From assembly GCA_964304625.1 (NCBI GenBank), contig OZ199839.1, positions 1,552,093 through 1,616,092 on the forward strand: 64,000 nt of DNA. The letters run 5' to 3'. This stretch comes from Kudoa neothunni. Taxonomy: Eukaryota > Animalia > Cnidaria. Below the pieces are notes generated by a model, which saw only the letters and a list, made by a program, of their open reading frames with translations, made no database searches and was not told the DNA's origin. Made by a program: the position numbers and the translations under genes. Of the stretch, positions 39,901 to 54,120 are shown in pieces. Numbering within the stretch: the stretch's first letter is position 1; every line of letters starts with the position of its first letter.

Positions 39901-42559
39901 TATGATTTTTTAAACAATTGTCGACGCAGGGGACTCATAACTTACCAGCTGTGTAAAAAAGTCGTTTCGTGCAACACGTATAATTCATAAAATTATTAAC
40001 AATCTGAGTTATCAAAGGTAAAATTCGACTTAATATTTTATCATGTAATATAGTTTATAGAGGAGAAATTGAATTTTTTGAGTACCATCGGTAATCGGTT
40101 TTACGCGCTTTTTGTGAAATTATTTAATTAAAATTCTAACTGTTTGAATGTTTACAAAAATAAAAATATTCAACTTAACGATAAATTAGGTTCAAATAAT
40201 TGACTGTAAATGATGTAAAATATATATTCAAATCACGTGACATGCCGATTTTGCACACTTTTCATGGTTCGAAAGGGATTGAGCCAAATCGATTGCCTAC
40301 CGTATTTATTAATTAATACTAAGTTGCAATATTACGTATGACCCGTATGTTGTTTTACTACAAAATCTATTATTTTTAGATTACATCCATATATGGCATT
40401 CACATTAGCGTTAAATATCTATTCTGATATATACAAATTATTACTATAGAAAAAATTGATAATAATATTTTGGAATTTATAAAGATTCGGGAATATGTAC
40501 CTACGAAATAGAGAATAATAAATAAGGCAGGGGCTATTGGCACGGTAAAATTAAATCCTAAACGGCATGTACGCTTGTGCATGAAGAATTTTTAATAGCA
40601 GTAACTTCTACTTACAAGTTGTTTATAGATTTAGTTTTTAAGGATCTGCTATATTTAATTATTCTGAACCGATGCTTCGCTCTTAGGGCTCAGAGATAAT
40701 AAAGTATAGTCAAAATTAGTGTCACGTGAATATTATTTACGAACGCGCCTCTTTCTACAAGAATGGTGCACGCCCGACGATTATAAGTTTAATTTTATCT
40801 CCATTAGTTTTTCCTGTTATTAAGCAAATAACTAAGTTTTAATCAATCGTAATATCTTTTTATATTTTATTTTATTGCAAAAATAATGTATACGATCAAT
40901 TCTATCTTTTAAAGACAAATGATACAATTTAGAAAGAATTTAATACTATATGAGATTTTTAAATAAGCTATTGATTATGAATAACTTTTTACTTTATTAT
41001 AAAAATTCATTTGTGTCAAAAAACATTTTGGGACGAGATTTCATTATTAAGGAAAACAAGTTAGCGATGAGTCCTGACAACATGAGTGATGATGTAATAA
41101 TGAGCACATTTTTATTTTTTCTCCTTACAACAAAAATTATTTGTTGAGATTTGTAACTCTGATAATATCATATCATTGGCATGAAATTTCAACTTTTTTG
41201 TTCATTCTAAATCTATCCATGTCATGGTTATCAAAAGTGTGGACGCAATGTTTTGCGACCATTCTATATTTTACATCAACTACCGCGTAACCACCTACTA
41301 AAATTGGTAAAACTATCTGAGGCCAGTATAGAACATTCATGATCCTCATATTGCTTATAACTTATAAGCAATAATTCAACCGACTCACAACATAATTTGG
41401 CATCTGAATATGGCGCAAATAATAATGAACGACGATGTATCAACTAACCTGAACGTGTACATCGAAGAAGATTGTAAATCGAGCTGTAATGAATCCATTC
41501 AAACTCATAATGAAACTAAAACGTATGAAAATAATAATTATGAAAAAAAGTGATGACCGATAGATTACTGCGTACATTAACTAATTTAGCGGAAGTGATT
41601 GTAGAAAATTATTTAGTGAGTTCAACTCCTCTTCACAGCAGTATGAATAAACTTATACCTATTAGTATGGAAATTCCGCTATTAACAATTATTCCAAACT
41701 TAGTTTTATTATGAAAGAAGTAAAACTGTAGATAGGCCCGAGGCAATGAATAATTCTTTTAAATTTGATAAATAACGTTGTTATATGACTGTGGTTGAAA
41801 AAAATTTAATGATTTTGTTTGTAAAATTATTGTGGGTAATTCGCGTTATAACATACAAAAACTAAAATTAATCTTGCAATCCTGGCGCAATCACCATTGC
41901 TGTGGAAAGAGACACTATCATTATTTATCGTGCTAATAGTCACTTTCAATTAATATTTACTTTTGAGGTATATAAATCGCTCTTTTAAAGATTATAAATA
42001 TATCAAGTTTATATTTGATAACACTTTCATAATATTCTAACTAACAGAATATTATGAAGTTTCCTTTAGGTCTACAAATGAAACTACTCGATGTGGTGTA
42101 ATTTGCATTAAATTTTCAATATAGAAACTACTTCTAAAGTCGTTTAATTTTTAATTTCAAAATAAGAACAAACAAAAGACCGAAAAATGCAATATAAATG
42201 ATAATTAGAACTGGATTGATATAAAAACTTTATTTTGAGACCTCTATAAAATTTTACATCATAAAATGCCAAATAATTCAGAATATAAAGTATCGGGCGT
42301 AATCGCATAAGAAAAGTACATCTGTATAAAAGAAAATATCAAACGAAAAAATTTATTTTGTTATAACAGCATGAGAAAATACGAAAATAATGAAGGTATC
42401 ACGTGATTTACATTACATAACTTTGAGAACAGGAAGCAGCCAGCGATCATCAGTACCATAGTAAAACGACAAATATGCATTTGAGAGAAATTGGTAACAA
42501 ACATTTAAACTAAAATTACATCAAAAGAAAATCTCAAACATTAAAAACTCACCCTCAAC

Positions 42560-45500
42560 CTAACCCTGTCCATCACTATTTTTATCGTAGAAATCCTGTG
42601 GCGATTCATCTGGTTGAGATTCGGATGTTTTGCCTGGAGTGACACTAAAGACGTTAGACTCATCATCATCATAAATTTCTTCGCTGTTGTAGGATCTAAA
42701 CGGAATTTTGTAAGTTTCATCATCGAACAATTTTAATTCCAATGGAAAATGGCAACAAAATGTACAAAGAAAGTTTAAGAGGGGATGATGTTCCTTTACG
42801 ATCTGTTATTTGATCATCGTGTTCAACATTTTCACTACCAAACGAGGAGAGTGTTGTTGTTGGATGGTCGACACTGGGATTATTTTGGAAAATATTATCA
42901 GGCAAACTGGCAAACTCTTGAGGCTGACTTGGTGTATTTTTATTGGCTACAACTGACGCAATTTTATCAACATTAACATCTATATCGGAGAACTCAGAAA
43001 CTTCGGAAAGTGATGTTAACGAATAAAACACGTCACTATCGCTGAAACAGGAGAGACTTTTGGATGGGGGATGTTGATAATTTAGGTTTAACATTTTTAG
43101 ATCAGAAGCTTTACCGCCGAATACACTATCAGAAATTTGCTGCATATCGTCAGCTGCAGAAATATGATCAACATCTATCAGTGTGGAAGTCGGAGATGAG
43201 GAAAAATCTGTAGACATTGAATTAGAGGATAGATTCGGTGAGTGATTATTGGATGGGTACAGATTGGAGCCAGGATTACATTGGAGTCTTGTTGATACAC
43301 GATCGTTTATCACCGATTCTATATACTTGTTGTTCTTCTCCCCAAATTCGAATGAGTTATCGTATGGATCTTTCAATAGGCTAAATAAATTACTATATAA
43401 AACGTTGTTAAATATCACAATGTTATATTTAGAATATTAGATAGATGATCAAGAAAAACTCCAAGAACCCATGATTAAAAATTCATTTTTATTCGATTTT
43501 CAAATAGTTTATATTGTTCAAAAATAAAATAAATTTTAAATTAATTCTAGAACATACAAATTATATATATCTACATAATGAAGATAATAACCGTAAAAAA
43601 TTTTTTAATTTTTTTGATGATTAAAATCCTTAATCTTTCGTAATTTTGTATATGAAGTTAATTCTTGTATATAATCAATATTTAAATATATTTTTTAAAA
43701 ACATTCTCTAACATAAGGATTATATAGTTTAAAATATTTTTATCATCCATACGTAAAAATTAATGAGAGGAAACATTGAAATTTAAAAGTGCGAAGTAAT
43801 TTTTATTTTATAAATTTCTATATCAACCTAATAAAAAAATATATTTATATATATATTAAAAGGACGTGATCATGTGTGAAGAGAATAGGAATTTGTAATT
43901 TAAAAAGATGCAGTCTATAATAATAAGTAATATAATTTTAATATTATAATTAATGAAAGACAGATAAATATTCCAAACAAAGTTTAAAAATAGTTCGCAA
44001 TGTTCAAACCTCGATAATTACAACATGATAACATCAAATGTTTCAGCTTGAGTTGACTAAAAAAATCTAAAATAATAATATCAAGGCATTAATTTAATGA
44101 ATTTTAAATCATATAAGAGACCACATCTTTATTAAAACATAGTTTTTAGACTAATTTTATGATTATATTTATCTATCATCAAAAATCCAATCTCATTGCC
44201 ATATTTCTGTTATTATTGATTTACTATTAATTCAATATCTTAAGTATAACTGTCAAATCTCGGTAATATGTAGTATATTCCAAGAACAGAATTAGTAATT
44301 CATCTAAGTATCAAGCAATACGCAAACGCATTAAGCAGACAACTCAGCGCTTCCCAAATGAGAATGCCAGATTGATCACTGATTGGATTAATTTTTGAAA
44401 AACTTTTTAAGTAAATTATAGATTTCCAATATTTCAATCTTAAAAAAATGAATATACTATCATTTTTCAGAGTTTGACCAGTTTTTATTTTTAATATAAT
44501 GTGGAAATAATTTACGAAATAAATTATATTCTAAAGATTAATGAAGATATTTTTGAATAACTCAACTAACAGAGAAATGGAACTAATTATTAATACGTTT
44601 ACAATATTAAAATTCGATCACAACGATAAAACAAAAATCATCATAACTTAATTATTTGACCTAGTTCTATATTACACGTACGATTAATTAACCTCCAAAT
44701 TTTTAAAATATGCGTCTTATCGCATATAGAAAAAGTGCAGATCCAGTTTTATCACCAAAACAGAGTTCGAGTCCGACATGAATATGGACGCGCTGGATCA
44801 ACTTGATTTATTGATTTACTCCTCATCGGCATATTAAATTGCTAAAACATGTCTAAACATTGGATAAAATCTTCCACTCTTATTGTATGTACGAATTTAC
44901 TGCTTTTTCCGCGAAATAAATTTTTAAATTTAATTGGTTTACTTTTATTAAAATTACACATAATTATTTCATCATTTGAAATTAACACAGAACCTCAAAT
45001 ACTCTAAAACATCATGTTTAAATTTAAATATGTGGCGCTGGTAATTACTTTGCGAGAAAATAATGCTATTTGGTCATCACTGATCTTATTTTAACATCCG
45101 TAAAATTTTAAAATAGATTATTCAAATTTCCATGTTATATGCTGTTTCTTAAAAAACATTTGAATATTTCACATGAATTTAATTACAATATGGATTGAAT
45201 ATGTTCATAAAATATGATGCATAGTTATTGGCACGAACAAAAATCAATATAGTCCCTCTCTTGAGCGGCTAAAAATGTCTGATTTGGCAAAATTATTAAA
45301 AAACTCCATTTTTAATTAATTTATAAATCAGACAATCTACTTCATTGCTTCAACATTAAGTTTTCTTGAAAGATAAAGAATCGTTCAATTTTTAGGAAAT
45401 ATCACATTTCAAAGTTAATATTTTAACGACAGAAATACACTAATTTAAGCATACTTAGCATTTTGATTTTTATCATCATAAAAACTTAACTTTTGTACAT

Positions 45501-48500
45501 ATCTCAAGTTGAATGACACTAACTTTTAATTTTATGAATAATTTAATTATCATAACAACTAATAATTTTTATATCAACAGCTGGGAATTATTGAGCAATA
45601 ATTCATTTCAGTTGAAAAAATTAAATCAATATGAAATACGACATTACTTCCCAACACTAAATGATAAACATACGTTTCATTTAATGATAAATACATCTTA
45701 ATAAATTCACATTAACAAGAATTTAAACATCAAAATTGATAGCGAATTACCGAACTGACAACCAATCTCGAAGTCAAAGCACAAATGTAATAATTTAACT
45801 AATGAATCCTAGCAGTTATTTAAAAAATGATAACCTTGATTAATCAAAGACTTAAATGAGACTAATAAACAATTTATTTACATCAATTGATCATAAATTA
45901 TCATTAAGTTCTTCAGATACAAAGTAGTTAAAGGTGGGCTAATGATTTATTGTCAATGTTAACGAAATGCACAATCCAAATTGGAAATTCGGAGTAAAAT
46001 TATTTACGCGCAACATAAAAGTGTATTTATTAGCGTTTCAATTTCAGAAATAAAGAAAAAATCAATCACACTTACGTTTTGGCAGCGAGATAATTTATAT
46101 CTTTGTTTCTATTTTCAAGGAATTCTAATTCAAATAGATAATAACAGCTCACATCTATAGTAACAAACAACAGATATACTTTTTGAAGAATTAGTGTTGG
46201 AGTTATCCAAATATGAGAGTTCAAAACCTCGAATTGGGATTTTTCCTTGAATATTAGCCACAAAATCCCCAGAATGATCATCACCGATATCACCAAGATT
46301 GGTGAACTGAACGGAAGACGAAGGTGCGGAGCTTACAGCATCAAATGAAGGTAGTTTATCGGTTGCGTTATCGAAACAAGTTTCATCTTCAGCATCATCA
46401 TCTGAACTACAAATAAAGGCATTTTTGGCGCCATTGACAAAACGACTGGGAAATTTGACATTATCAGCGCCAAACAATAACGACTGTTTAATTGATTCCA
46501 TGTAGGCGGTGCCCTAAAATAAATAAAATAAAAACTAAAAGTAGTTAGGATTACTTGTTCCACTTCTAACTTGACATTGGCTTGTAATGCCATAGTATCA
46601 CCATCATTGATTGAGTTGTTGTTATGGTGATTGGCGGTGCTGCCGTTATTATTGGAAAAGGATTCATTCTGATTATCATTGATGTGGGTAAAATTGGAAT
46701 CGAATGATCGGAATAAACTATCCAAATGATCTTCATGGAAGGTGTTTGCGGTGAAAACATTGGGATCGATTTCATTTTGTTTTTTGTACTGAGAGACAAC
46801 AGTGTTACAGAAGAAATCCCATTTTTGTTGCACCTCATCCGTCGTCACACTCGCACGATGTTTGGAGTTGGCCAGCTCACCTCCGAATAACGAGGGTGCA
46901 ATAGCAGGGTCTGCTACGGCAGGGATTAGAGTGGATGACGGCAATTTGGAAAGACGAGAAACGAGTTGCAATAGATGTCCTCGAAAATCACATTTGACAG
47001 TGCGACAGCACGTTTCATACAAATTCAACAAGACCAACAATATTTGGATATCATTGACCAAATAGTCGTATAAACGTGCGCTGGTCCCCAATATGAAGCC
47101 GCTTCCGCTTTGTTGGTTATTGGTAGGCTTGGAGTTTGGTTCTGTATTCGTAACGGAAGAAGTGGTTGTAGTGTGTGATGAGGATCGAGAAGGATTAGCG
47201 AAGTCATATCTCATTTTCAAATGAGCTAACACACTCTCTTTAGGAAAAGTGTTTTTTTCACAACAAGTTGGTGCATTTGTGTACAACTCGGATACAAGTA
47301 TAAAAGTGGTGCAATCAAATAGTAAACTATGAAACGCGTTGTTGCGACTGAAATAAGGCAGATAACGCCATAATATTACAAATAGTTCGCTTTTGATTAA
47401 TGCTCTCTCAATGTGTTCACATTGGTATATAGTTAGAACTGTTAACAAACGGACGATATTAATATTAGTTGTTCCAAAAGGGATAACAGTTCGTATGTTG
47501 GTCGCACCATCACTAATATTACATTTGCTGTTACTATCTCCACTATTACTATTAATATTCACATTAGTGTTTGTGGTTGAAGAAGTATTAGTATTTGTTG
47601 AAGCATCTGTAGTTGTAGTTGTGGTTGAGCTTAGTTTCAAAGTGGAGTTGACTACATTCAAATTGGTCGTTACGGTGAGATGGAGATAATTGACAAATTT
47701 TTCAATGTATCTTGACAACAACTCAAAATCGGTAACAACCACCGTCAAAATGGTATTTCTTATATAACCGAATTCATTGAACTCATCACCATAGCTATCA
47801 CTGATACGAGTGGAGTCGAACAACCCCATCAACATGATACAACCATAGTTGATGGTTTTGCTGATAGTCTCCCAATTATCATGATAATTGCTATCACTAC
47901 TATCGATTGTGACAGATGTGGTGGGGTTGGTGTAAGCGAACATATTCTCAAGTAGAAGTTGAAGGAGATTGTTTGATTGTGCTTGTTCCACAAGAATCAT
48001 ATTTTCGATGTATTTAAAGTTGTCCAAAAAAAGAGTGGGTCGAATACGATGAATTCTTATGATTTCAACAAATAAATTACACGCGGCAGCTTTCACCCCA
48101 TTCGGATTATCGTAGGTTATCATGCTATACAGCTTTCCTATGATATTCTGTTCGTACAACAACTCAATATAGATAGCACGCACTTCGGTGGTGAGCTCGT
48201 GTGATTGCAACTTCAAAATCGAATCACATATACTAGCGTATTGGATGTGTTTCAACAAGATATCAACAACCTCAATATTGTGTGACATTATAAAATCGTA
48301 CAATTTCTCAGGGTACTCCGACACAAAATACACAAATATTTTCACCATAAAATTACACATCAATATATTGATGGTGGGTTGATTGAAAGCGTCGAACAAT
48401 CTCATCCAATAATTCACATCATCCAATATAACATGATCAAACGATGCGATACCAGCAGTCAAAATCTCCGAGCATATCATAGGATATTTGTATCGATTGG

Positions 48501-48842
48501 ATTCCTCTATCGATGGATCTGGATCGGATATAGCGTAGGTGAATATTCGATCAACAACTTCATCACGAGAACAACTAACAGTCGAATTTAATACATTGTC
48601 AAATAATCGATTCAATATTACAAGTCAATTAACCGAGTATTTTTGGAATTAATTTCTTGGAGTAGATCCGGCTCATCCAAAAGTCTCTCCAACGTAGAAT
48701 CACACTAAACAAAAACCCATACAATCATAATAACTAAATTTGTTTGAAACTGCGCTAATTTAATTTGCCTGCTTGTCATAAATACCTCCTTATCGAGAAT
48801 ATCTTCAATTTCCGATGAAACTATACCAAATTCCCAAAACAT
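42560..48842 (-). CDS. SAPS-domain serine/threonine protein phosphatase 6 regulatory subunit (PPP6R/SAP-like)
   Basis: N-terminus MFWEFGIVSSEIEDILDKE|CDSTLERLLDEPDLLQEINSKNTRLIDF..NRYKYPMICSEILT matches the PPP6R pattern, with NNAFHS and RGHL later. Exons join in frame across a 2695-bp intron (43381-46075) into an acidic Ser-rich tail. The last exon or stop is uncertain. Confidence 0.88.
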
Positions 48843-49133
48843 TTTTGAAAAGTGACTATCTTCCACGACCAACTGTTCAATTATGTAATAGTTTGTTAGG
48901 ATGGAAATTTACAAGGTTGGTTACTAGTGTGCAGCTAACAGCTTACTAACCAAAACAAGCTTGGGAGTGAACTGCGTACGCATGATTAATCCTAAATTAT
49001 CGGTTAGTAATTTCTTTGGAAACTAATCTATTAAAAACATTGTATGTTTATAATGTATTGTGAGTATGATGAATAATAATAATACGGTATTTTGAAGAGA
49101 GTTTTTGATTGTATTTAATAGATAATTTGAAAA

Positions 49134-49173
49134 GCGTGCTGATGTGTAGCGCATGCTGATGTGTAGCGCATGC
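49134..49173. repeat. 17-bp tandem repeat (GCTGATGTGTAGCGCAT) x ~2.3
   Basis: Direct duplication ~300 bp upstream of the SAPS gene start; each unit junction creates GCGCATGC. Confidence 0.8.
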
Positions 49174-49564
49174 TTTTAATAAGTATTAAACAACTAACAA
49201 ACATCTGTATACGTCTATTAGTGTATATTGTTGTTAGTAATATTTTTTTTAATAAAAACTAAGATTTATGTCGATGAAATAAAGCAGAAAACATAGTAGA
49301 TGACATGATGTGAAATTCAAATATACATCTATGTGTTGTTTTTGTTTTATGGTAGGTGCGAGTCGTGGACATTAAAATAGGAATTGAGTACAAGGTGCCC
49401 TCGAGCCGCCATGTCGGCTGCAAACAAAGCGATCGTTTAATGTGAGCTATTGCAATTTAGTCTCACTTATTTAGCACTGTGTATAATTTATATTCAAAAG
49501 TGTATTTAATCCAAATAAATTTGTGATAACAATGATGTAAAGGTTAAGTGCGACTAGTCTAGTC

Positions 49565-50467
49565 CAGAGATCACCAAAGTTTTTAGTTGGCGAGCCGAAC
49601 TTTTGAGTTTTATTAACTTCGAGGCTGGATTAAAAATTTTTTTCAAAAAGCAGTCATAAGATGAAACGAAAATAATATAAATATAAATAAACAACAAATT
49701 TATAGTTGATTATGAATGTGAAACTGATTCTTGTGACAGGATTTGATATATTTCAATTTTGAGGTCCCCAATGAGATTACTAACCATCCATTGTCTAGTT
49801 TATAGTCCACAAATAGAAAATTTTGTTTAATTTATGATTGGAATGAATATCACAATTTTTTCTGACATAAAATTCAAAGTTTATTAATTTAATCATAATC
49901 AAATTGTTTAGATGCTAATAAGGTGTTCATTTGTCGTGTTTTAAATTTTTTATTATTGCTTTTATCACTGAAATTTTGAGATAAATACATAATGTTGTAA
50001 AATAATGTGTACGATGCTAGAAAACATCTAAACAATGGTGATTATTGCTTCATCTTTTAAGATTTCTGGTATCAATTCAATGAAACTCAACCAGATTAAA
50101 AATTTAAGTTAGTGAATTTAATTCATAAGTTTAAATTATTAAGAATTTTAAATTATTAGAAGTATAGGAATCAAATAAAATTTAAAACATGTATCTTATC
50201 GATTCGAACGTTTTATACTCAGAATCTTGCTACATTAGTTTGTCGATGATATCTTTGGTTTCAATTTAGATAAAATAAAATGGTTCAATGAATTAAATGA
50301 GTATTTTTAATTGACATTCATCTACTGTACTAATGCAATGATAGTCTTCAAGTAAATCAATACAATTTTTTGTGCGCGAGCGTATTCGAATATTGGGGAC
50401 ACCGCGGATCAGATTGAATGTATCGGAGGAACGGATTTGGCCCCCAGCCGTATTTTGGTGAAACTTG
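49565..50467. mobile_element. hAT (Charlie-like) non-autonomous element
   Basis: Ends CAGAGATCACCAAA / TTTGGTGAAACTTG with 8-bp TSD GTCTAGTC / ATCTAGTC (central TCTAG, as in Charlie-type targets). Confidence 0.7.
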
Positions 50468-50519
50468 ATCTAGTCGATCATTGACTTAAATTTGTAGAAA
50501 AAAATTCTTTAGACAACGT

Positions 50520-51080
50520 GCCGATACAGTATTTCAAGATCAAAATTCAACCTTCTTAAAATGAAAAATATTTCCAGTCGTCAATATTTTCTGAGTTTAA
50601 ACAACGATTAAACTATGAGTCTGAATAGTTGTGACAGTTTAAATATTGTTTAGGCACAATTTTAATTGGTCCTTCCATTTATAGCATTAAATGATTCTTA
50701 TTGTCGGAAGGACTTTTATTTCTTACAACTAATATCAAATAATAAAAAATATCTCACTAGGATTTAAAAAAGGCCACGACGAGGTAAGAAAATTAGTTTT
50801 TAGACAATTTTCGGAAAACTTGTCGTGCAGTCATCATCTACTAAACTTTGAATTAATGATTTTTGCACATTGGAAAGTTTTGATCCGTGGTCACCACCTT
50901 TTTACTGACTAGCGAAATAACTTTTTGATCTCATCTCAAAATTCAACCGATTGTCGGTTTGTGAACGTCCATCTACTCAGCAATTTATTCATTTGTATAT
51001 TTCTGAGACATTTCTTACAAAGTCAAACAATCACTAATTATTTCTGCTAGCAGAATAACTCTATTTCGCATTTTTACGTG
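50520..51080 (-). pseudogene. Decayed Tc1/IS630-like transposase fragment
   Basis: Minus-strand peptide KKGGDHGSKLSNVQKSLIQSLVDDDCTTS resembles the IS630/Tc1 HTH linker (RGG..SKL..Q...I..LV...CT); many stops; boundaries are approximate. Confidence 0.35.
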
Positions 51081-51289
51081 AAGTGTCACATGTTTCCGTT
51101 TATTTGTGTTAACGCAGTGACTATTGCAACGGATGGGAATATCTATTATAATAACGCTCATATCAAAATTTTAATTCCATCAATACATTTAACAATAAGT
51201 GAATTATTCTTAAAAGAAAATAAATCACTTGACCTTTTACCTCTAAATAGACTAAGTATGTAGGCATCTATCTATCTATCTTGTATATA

Positions 51290-51585
51290 CTAGCGGGAAC
51301 TTCCCGGCTTTGCTTGGGAGTATTGAGCATTGAAAAATTGCTTAATAACATTTAAAAAAATATTAATATTTCAAATGAACCTAATAGATGCAATCAACCT
51401 AAAAAAATTTGTAAGCATTACATTTTGATGACTGTAAATATGAAATTAAAACTATGATCAATTCTGTGAAGGAGTGTACCAATCCCGACGTTCATTTAAA
51501 AATTTTGTGACCCGATATCAACGCTAAATAATTTAAGGTCAGTGTCGTATTTTTTTGCACTCCAGAATATTTTAAATTGCCTTAA
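51290..51585 (-). mobile_element. Helitron-like family A, 3' end fragment
   Basis: Reverse complement ends CTCCCAAGCAAAGCCGGGAAGTTCCCG-CTAG|T; upstream CACTGACCTTAAATTATTTAGCGTTG matches ~5191-5216. Interrupted at 51588 by a hAT-like end CAGTGTTCCCCAACC. Confidence 0.65.
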
Positions 51586-51940
51586 AGCAGTGTTCCCCAA
51601 CCCTTTTTCTATCGTGCCCCACTTTTTCCTGAAAAAAAATTTTTGTTCCCTACCTCTTTCAAAAGTCTTCATTTTTTTAACTTTACTATTGGCAATTTAA
51701 AAAAAATCTCCTTATCACATTAAAATTTGAAAGTAATTAATATATAATCTTTTTCTCATTAAAATTAAAACGTGTACGATTAGATCTGATTTAATTTATT
51801 GGTTGACGATTGACCTTAAAAATTAACATCTTTGGTACTTCATTCCGTCAAAAAAGCATTAAGTAAAATTCAAGGTAATCCAATCGTCATTAGGAAGGAA
51901 TTTTGTGTGGACGACGATAATGAACCTGAAATATCCTTTA

Positions 51941-52543
51941 TCTACTATCTCTCTTCTCCTCATACAGAGATTTTTTGAACCATTTGAGTTTCTTAATGCA
52001 CTTTAAAAAATCCAAAACTAACTACAAAAATACAACGGGGTTGTCTGCTTTCTTATAAAGTGGTGAATTTGTAGTGTAAACTTTTTGTAAACAGATTAGC
52101 GCTGACAATAATAAGATTACTTTATCATGTGATTCGCTATAATGTTCAATAATATGCGTAGATAACTCTACTTTTCTGCATTTATATACAATCGTAACTT
52201 TAAATGTACTCTTCTTTACACTTTAAACTAAGTTAACATGTTCTACAACATTCGTTGATGCGTAGGCGGTGAAACGTCGTTAACGAAGATTTGTTATTTA
52301 AATAGGAGATTAATAAGCCACACGAGTTGCAAGAACTTATGATTCCTAAATGAAAATAAAGTCCAATAAAGAAGAAAGTGAGGATGATCGGGTTATTAAT
52401 GTTAATTTCGATCAACTCTGTCGTCAAAAGAACGATAAAATAATTATAATCGACTCTTCACAAAAAATGACCTTGGCCTATTCAAAACTAAAGTCAACGT
52501 GGTCGGGCGAGGAAAAACCACGCGAAGCGGGTTTTTGCACTAG
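51941..52543 (+). mobile_element. Non-autonomous Helitron-like element, family B
   Basis: 5' A|TCTACTATC; 3' hairpin AAAAACCACGC-GAA-GCGGGTTTTT then GCA-CTAG, directly abutting the next Helitron. Confidence 0.6.
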
Positions 52544-52889
52544 TCTACTATATATATGAAGCTAAATTGTTCGTGTGTGTGTGTGTGTGTCAGCAAGTGC
52601 AGGTGTGCATCAAAATTTTTCCCTTATAGAAACATTTATGAAATTTTTCAAAAATCTGAATGTTTAAAAAATCCTTAGATTGTTTTCATGCTACCAATTG
52701 TTCACAAAAATGTTTAGAAAATGGTGACTATGTCAATTCAAAGTTTGTTTATCGGATTACTTGAGTTCAACAATTGAATTAAAATTGCTTATTATCTGCT
52801 GGTGGTCGGTTGAAGTTAATTTCCCCCTTTATATGTTCCATCAAACGTTAATTAAGCGATGCCATCTATCGTTTTGTATAAGGTTGGCG

Positions 52890-53918
52890 GGTAAAAATGC
52901 AGAATAGAGCCCGCACGTGCGCAAATAATCCATGAGGATTAACGAAAATTATAATAATTTATAATTGATAGTTTAAAGTTATCTCATTTATTAGCGCACT
53001 AAATAAATGTTTTTTTTGTTTTCTAAACAAAAATTCGGCGATGTATTCCCAGTCATGGGGGCATCTGTGGGTTCCTTTGGCTCGTAGTAGTCTTTTTAAA
53101 CATAGCCAAAGATTTTCAATGTTTTGGGTATGGACCTCATGATTTTCCGGATCAACAAAGTTTTCGTCATGTATGATTACAAAATGATTCATCCCAAGCT
53201 GCCCAATATTGTTGTAACCTCGCCATCCGTCAGTAATAATAGTAGTACCTGGCTCAATTCTTCGTTGAATAATTTCAAGAAGAGTTGATGCCGTTCTGTC
53301 GTCAACAAACTCAATAAAAGCTTCAAAATTTTGGTTTTCATCTTGTTTGCGACATATCCCTCCGAAGAGCCATTGTTCTTTTATAACTCTCCCGCGATTA
53401 TATTTACGGCGGACAATGAGAGTTTCATCAAGCTCCACAATTTTATTTCTTCCTCCTATCTTATTGGTGAGGTTTCGATCATAATGTTCAACACATAGTT
53501 CTCTTATAAAACGATTCCAATCCACTACTGTATGGGATGCATACTCAAAATCATTAATTATTATTCTAGATGGGTAGTTATTCACCCACAAATGAATAAA
53601 AAGAATAATTTTTGAAAGTGGCGTCTTCGAATTGCTAAAAAAAGAATTGGATCGTGTCGAAAGCTTTGTGTCACAACCATTTAAACGACATCTCCAAATT
53701 AGATTGTCAATATTATTAAAATCGATTAATCTCATTTGCATTCCACAACGAGGAAAAACTTTTGATATTGATATAAGTTTATTATTGAAAAAAAAATTTA
53801 ATACGTTGTTGTAATTAGATAGATAAGCAACAAGTTGTAACAATTTCATTTTAGCGGTGTTTTCGTTAATCCTCATGGATTGTTTGCGCACGTGCGGGCT
53901 CTATTCTGCATTTTTACC
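52890..53918 (-). mobile_element. Merlin (IS1016/IS1595-like) DNA transposon, 1029 bp
   Basis: 59-bp TIRs starting GG with 1 mismatch; 8-bp TSD GGTTGGCG / GGTTGGTG; the empty site is visible at ~4606-4614. Confidence 0.95.
52959..53876 (-). CDS. Merlin DDE transposase (uninterrupted ORF)
   Basis: KIGGRNKIVELDETL, RKYNRGR, WLFGG, TIITDGWRGY, HTQNIENLW; N-terminal Zn ribbon FPRC..WRCRLNGC; ATG at 53876 or 53849. Confidence 0.93.
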   Translation of the reverse strand: MRINENTAKMKLLQLVAYLSNYNNVLNFFFNNKLISISKVFPRCGMQMRLIDFNNIDNLIWRCRLNGCDTKLSTRSNSFFSNSKTPLSKIILFIHLWVNNYPSRIIINDFEYASHTVVDWNRFIRELCVEHYDRNLTNKIGGRNKIVELDETLIVRRKYNRGRVIKEQWLFGGICRKQDENQNFEAFIEFVDDRTASTLLEIIQRRIEPGTTIITDGWRGYNNIGQLGMNHFVIIHDENFVDPENHEVHTQNIENLWLCLKRLLRAKGTHRCPHDWEYIAEFLFRKQKKHLFSALINEITLNYQL

Positions 53919-54120
53919 GGTTGGTGTGACTACTTGGGTGTTTGCGCAAATATAATTCTAATTTCGGGAGTTTTAACGTATTTGACTTGATAAACACATT
54001 GGAAGGTTCTATTAATGGTTTTAGATATGATAAAAAATCTATATATGTTTCATGAATGACGAATTTGTGGAGAACGTTAAAATTACATCGATTGGAGCAT
54101 TATAATGGAAATAATGTGTC

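Noticed and set aside
42720-42742. Apparent frameshift or non-canonical splice at the SAPS 3' end
   Set aside because: Resolved by an ordinary ~68-bp GT-AG intron giving LSL-SYNSEEIY in frame.
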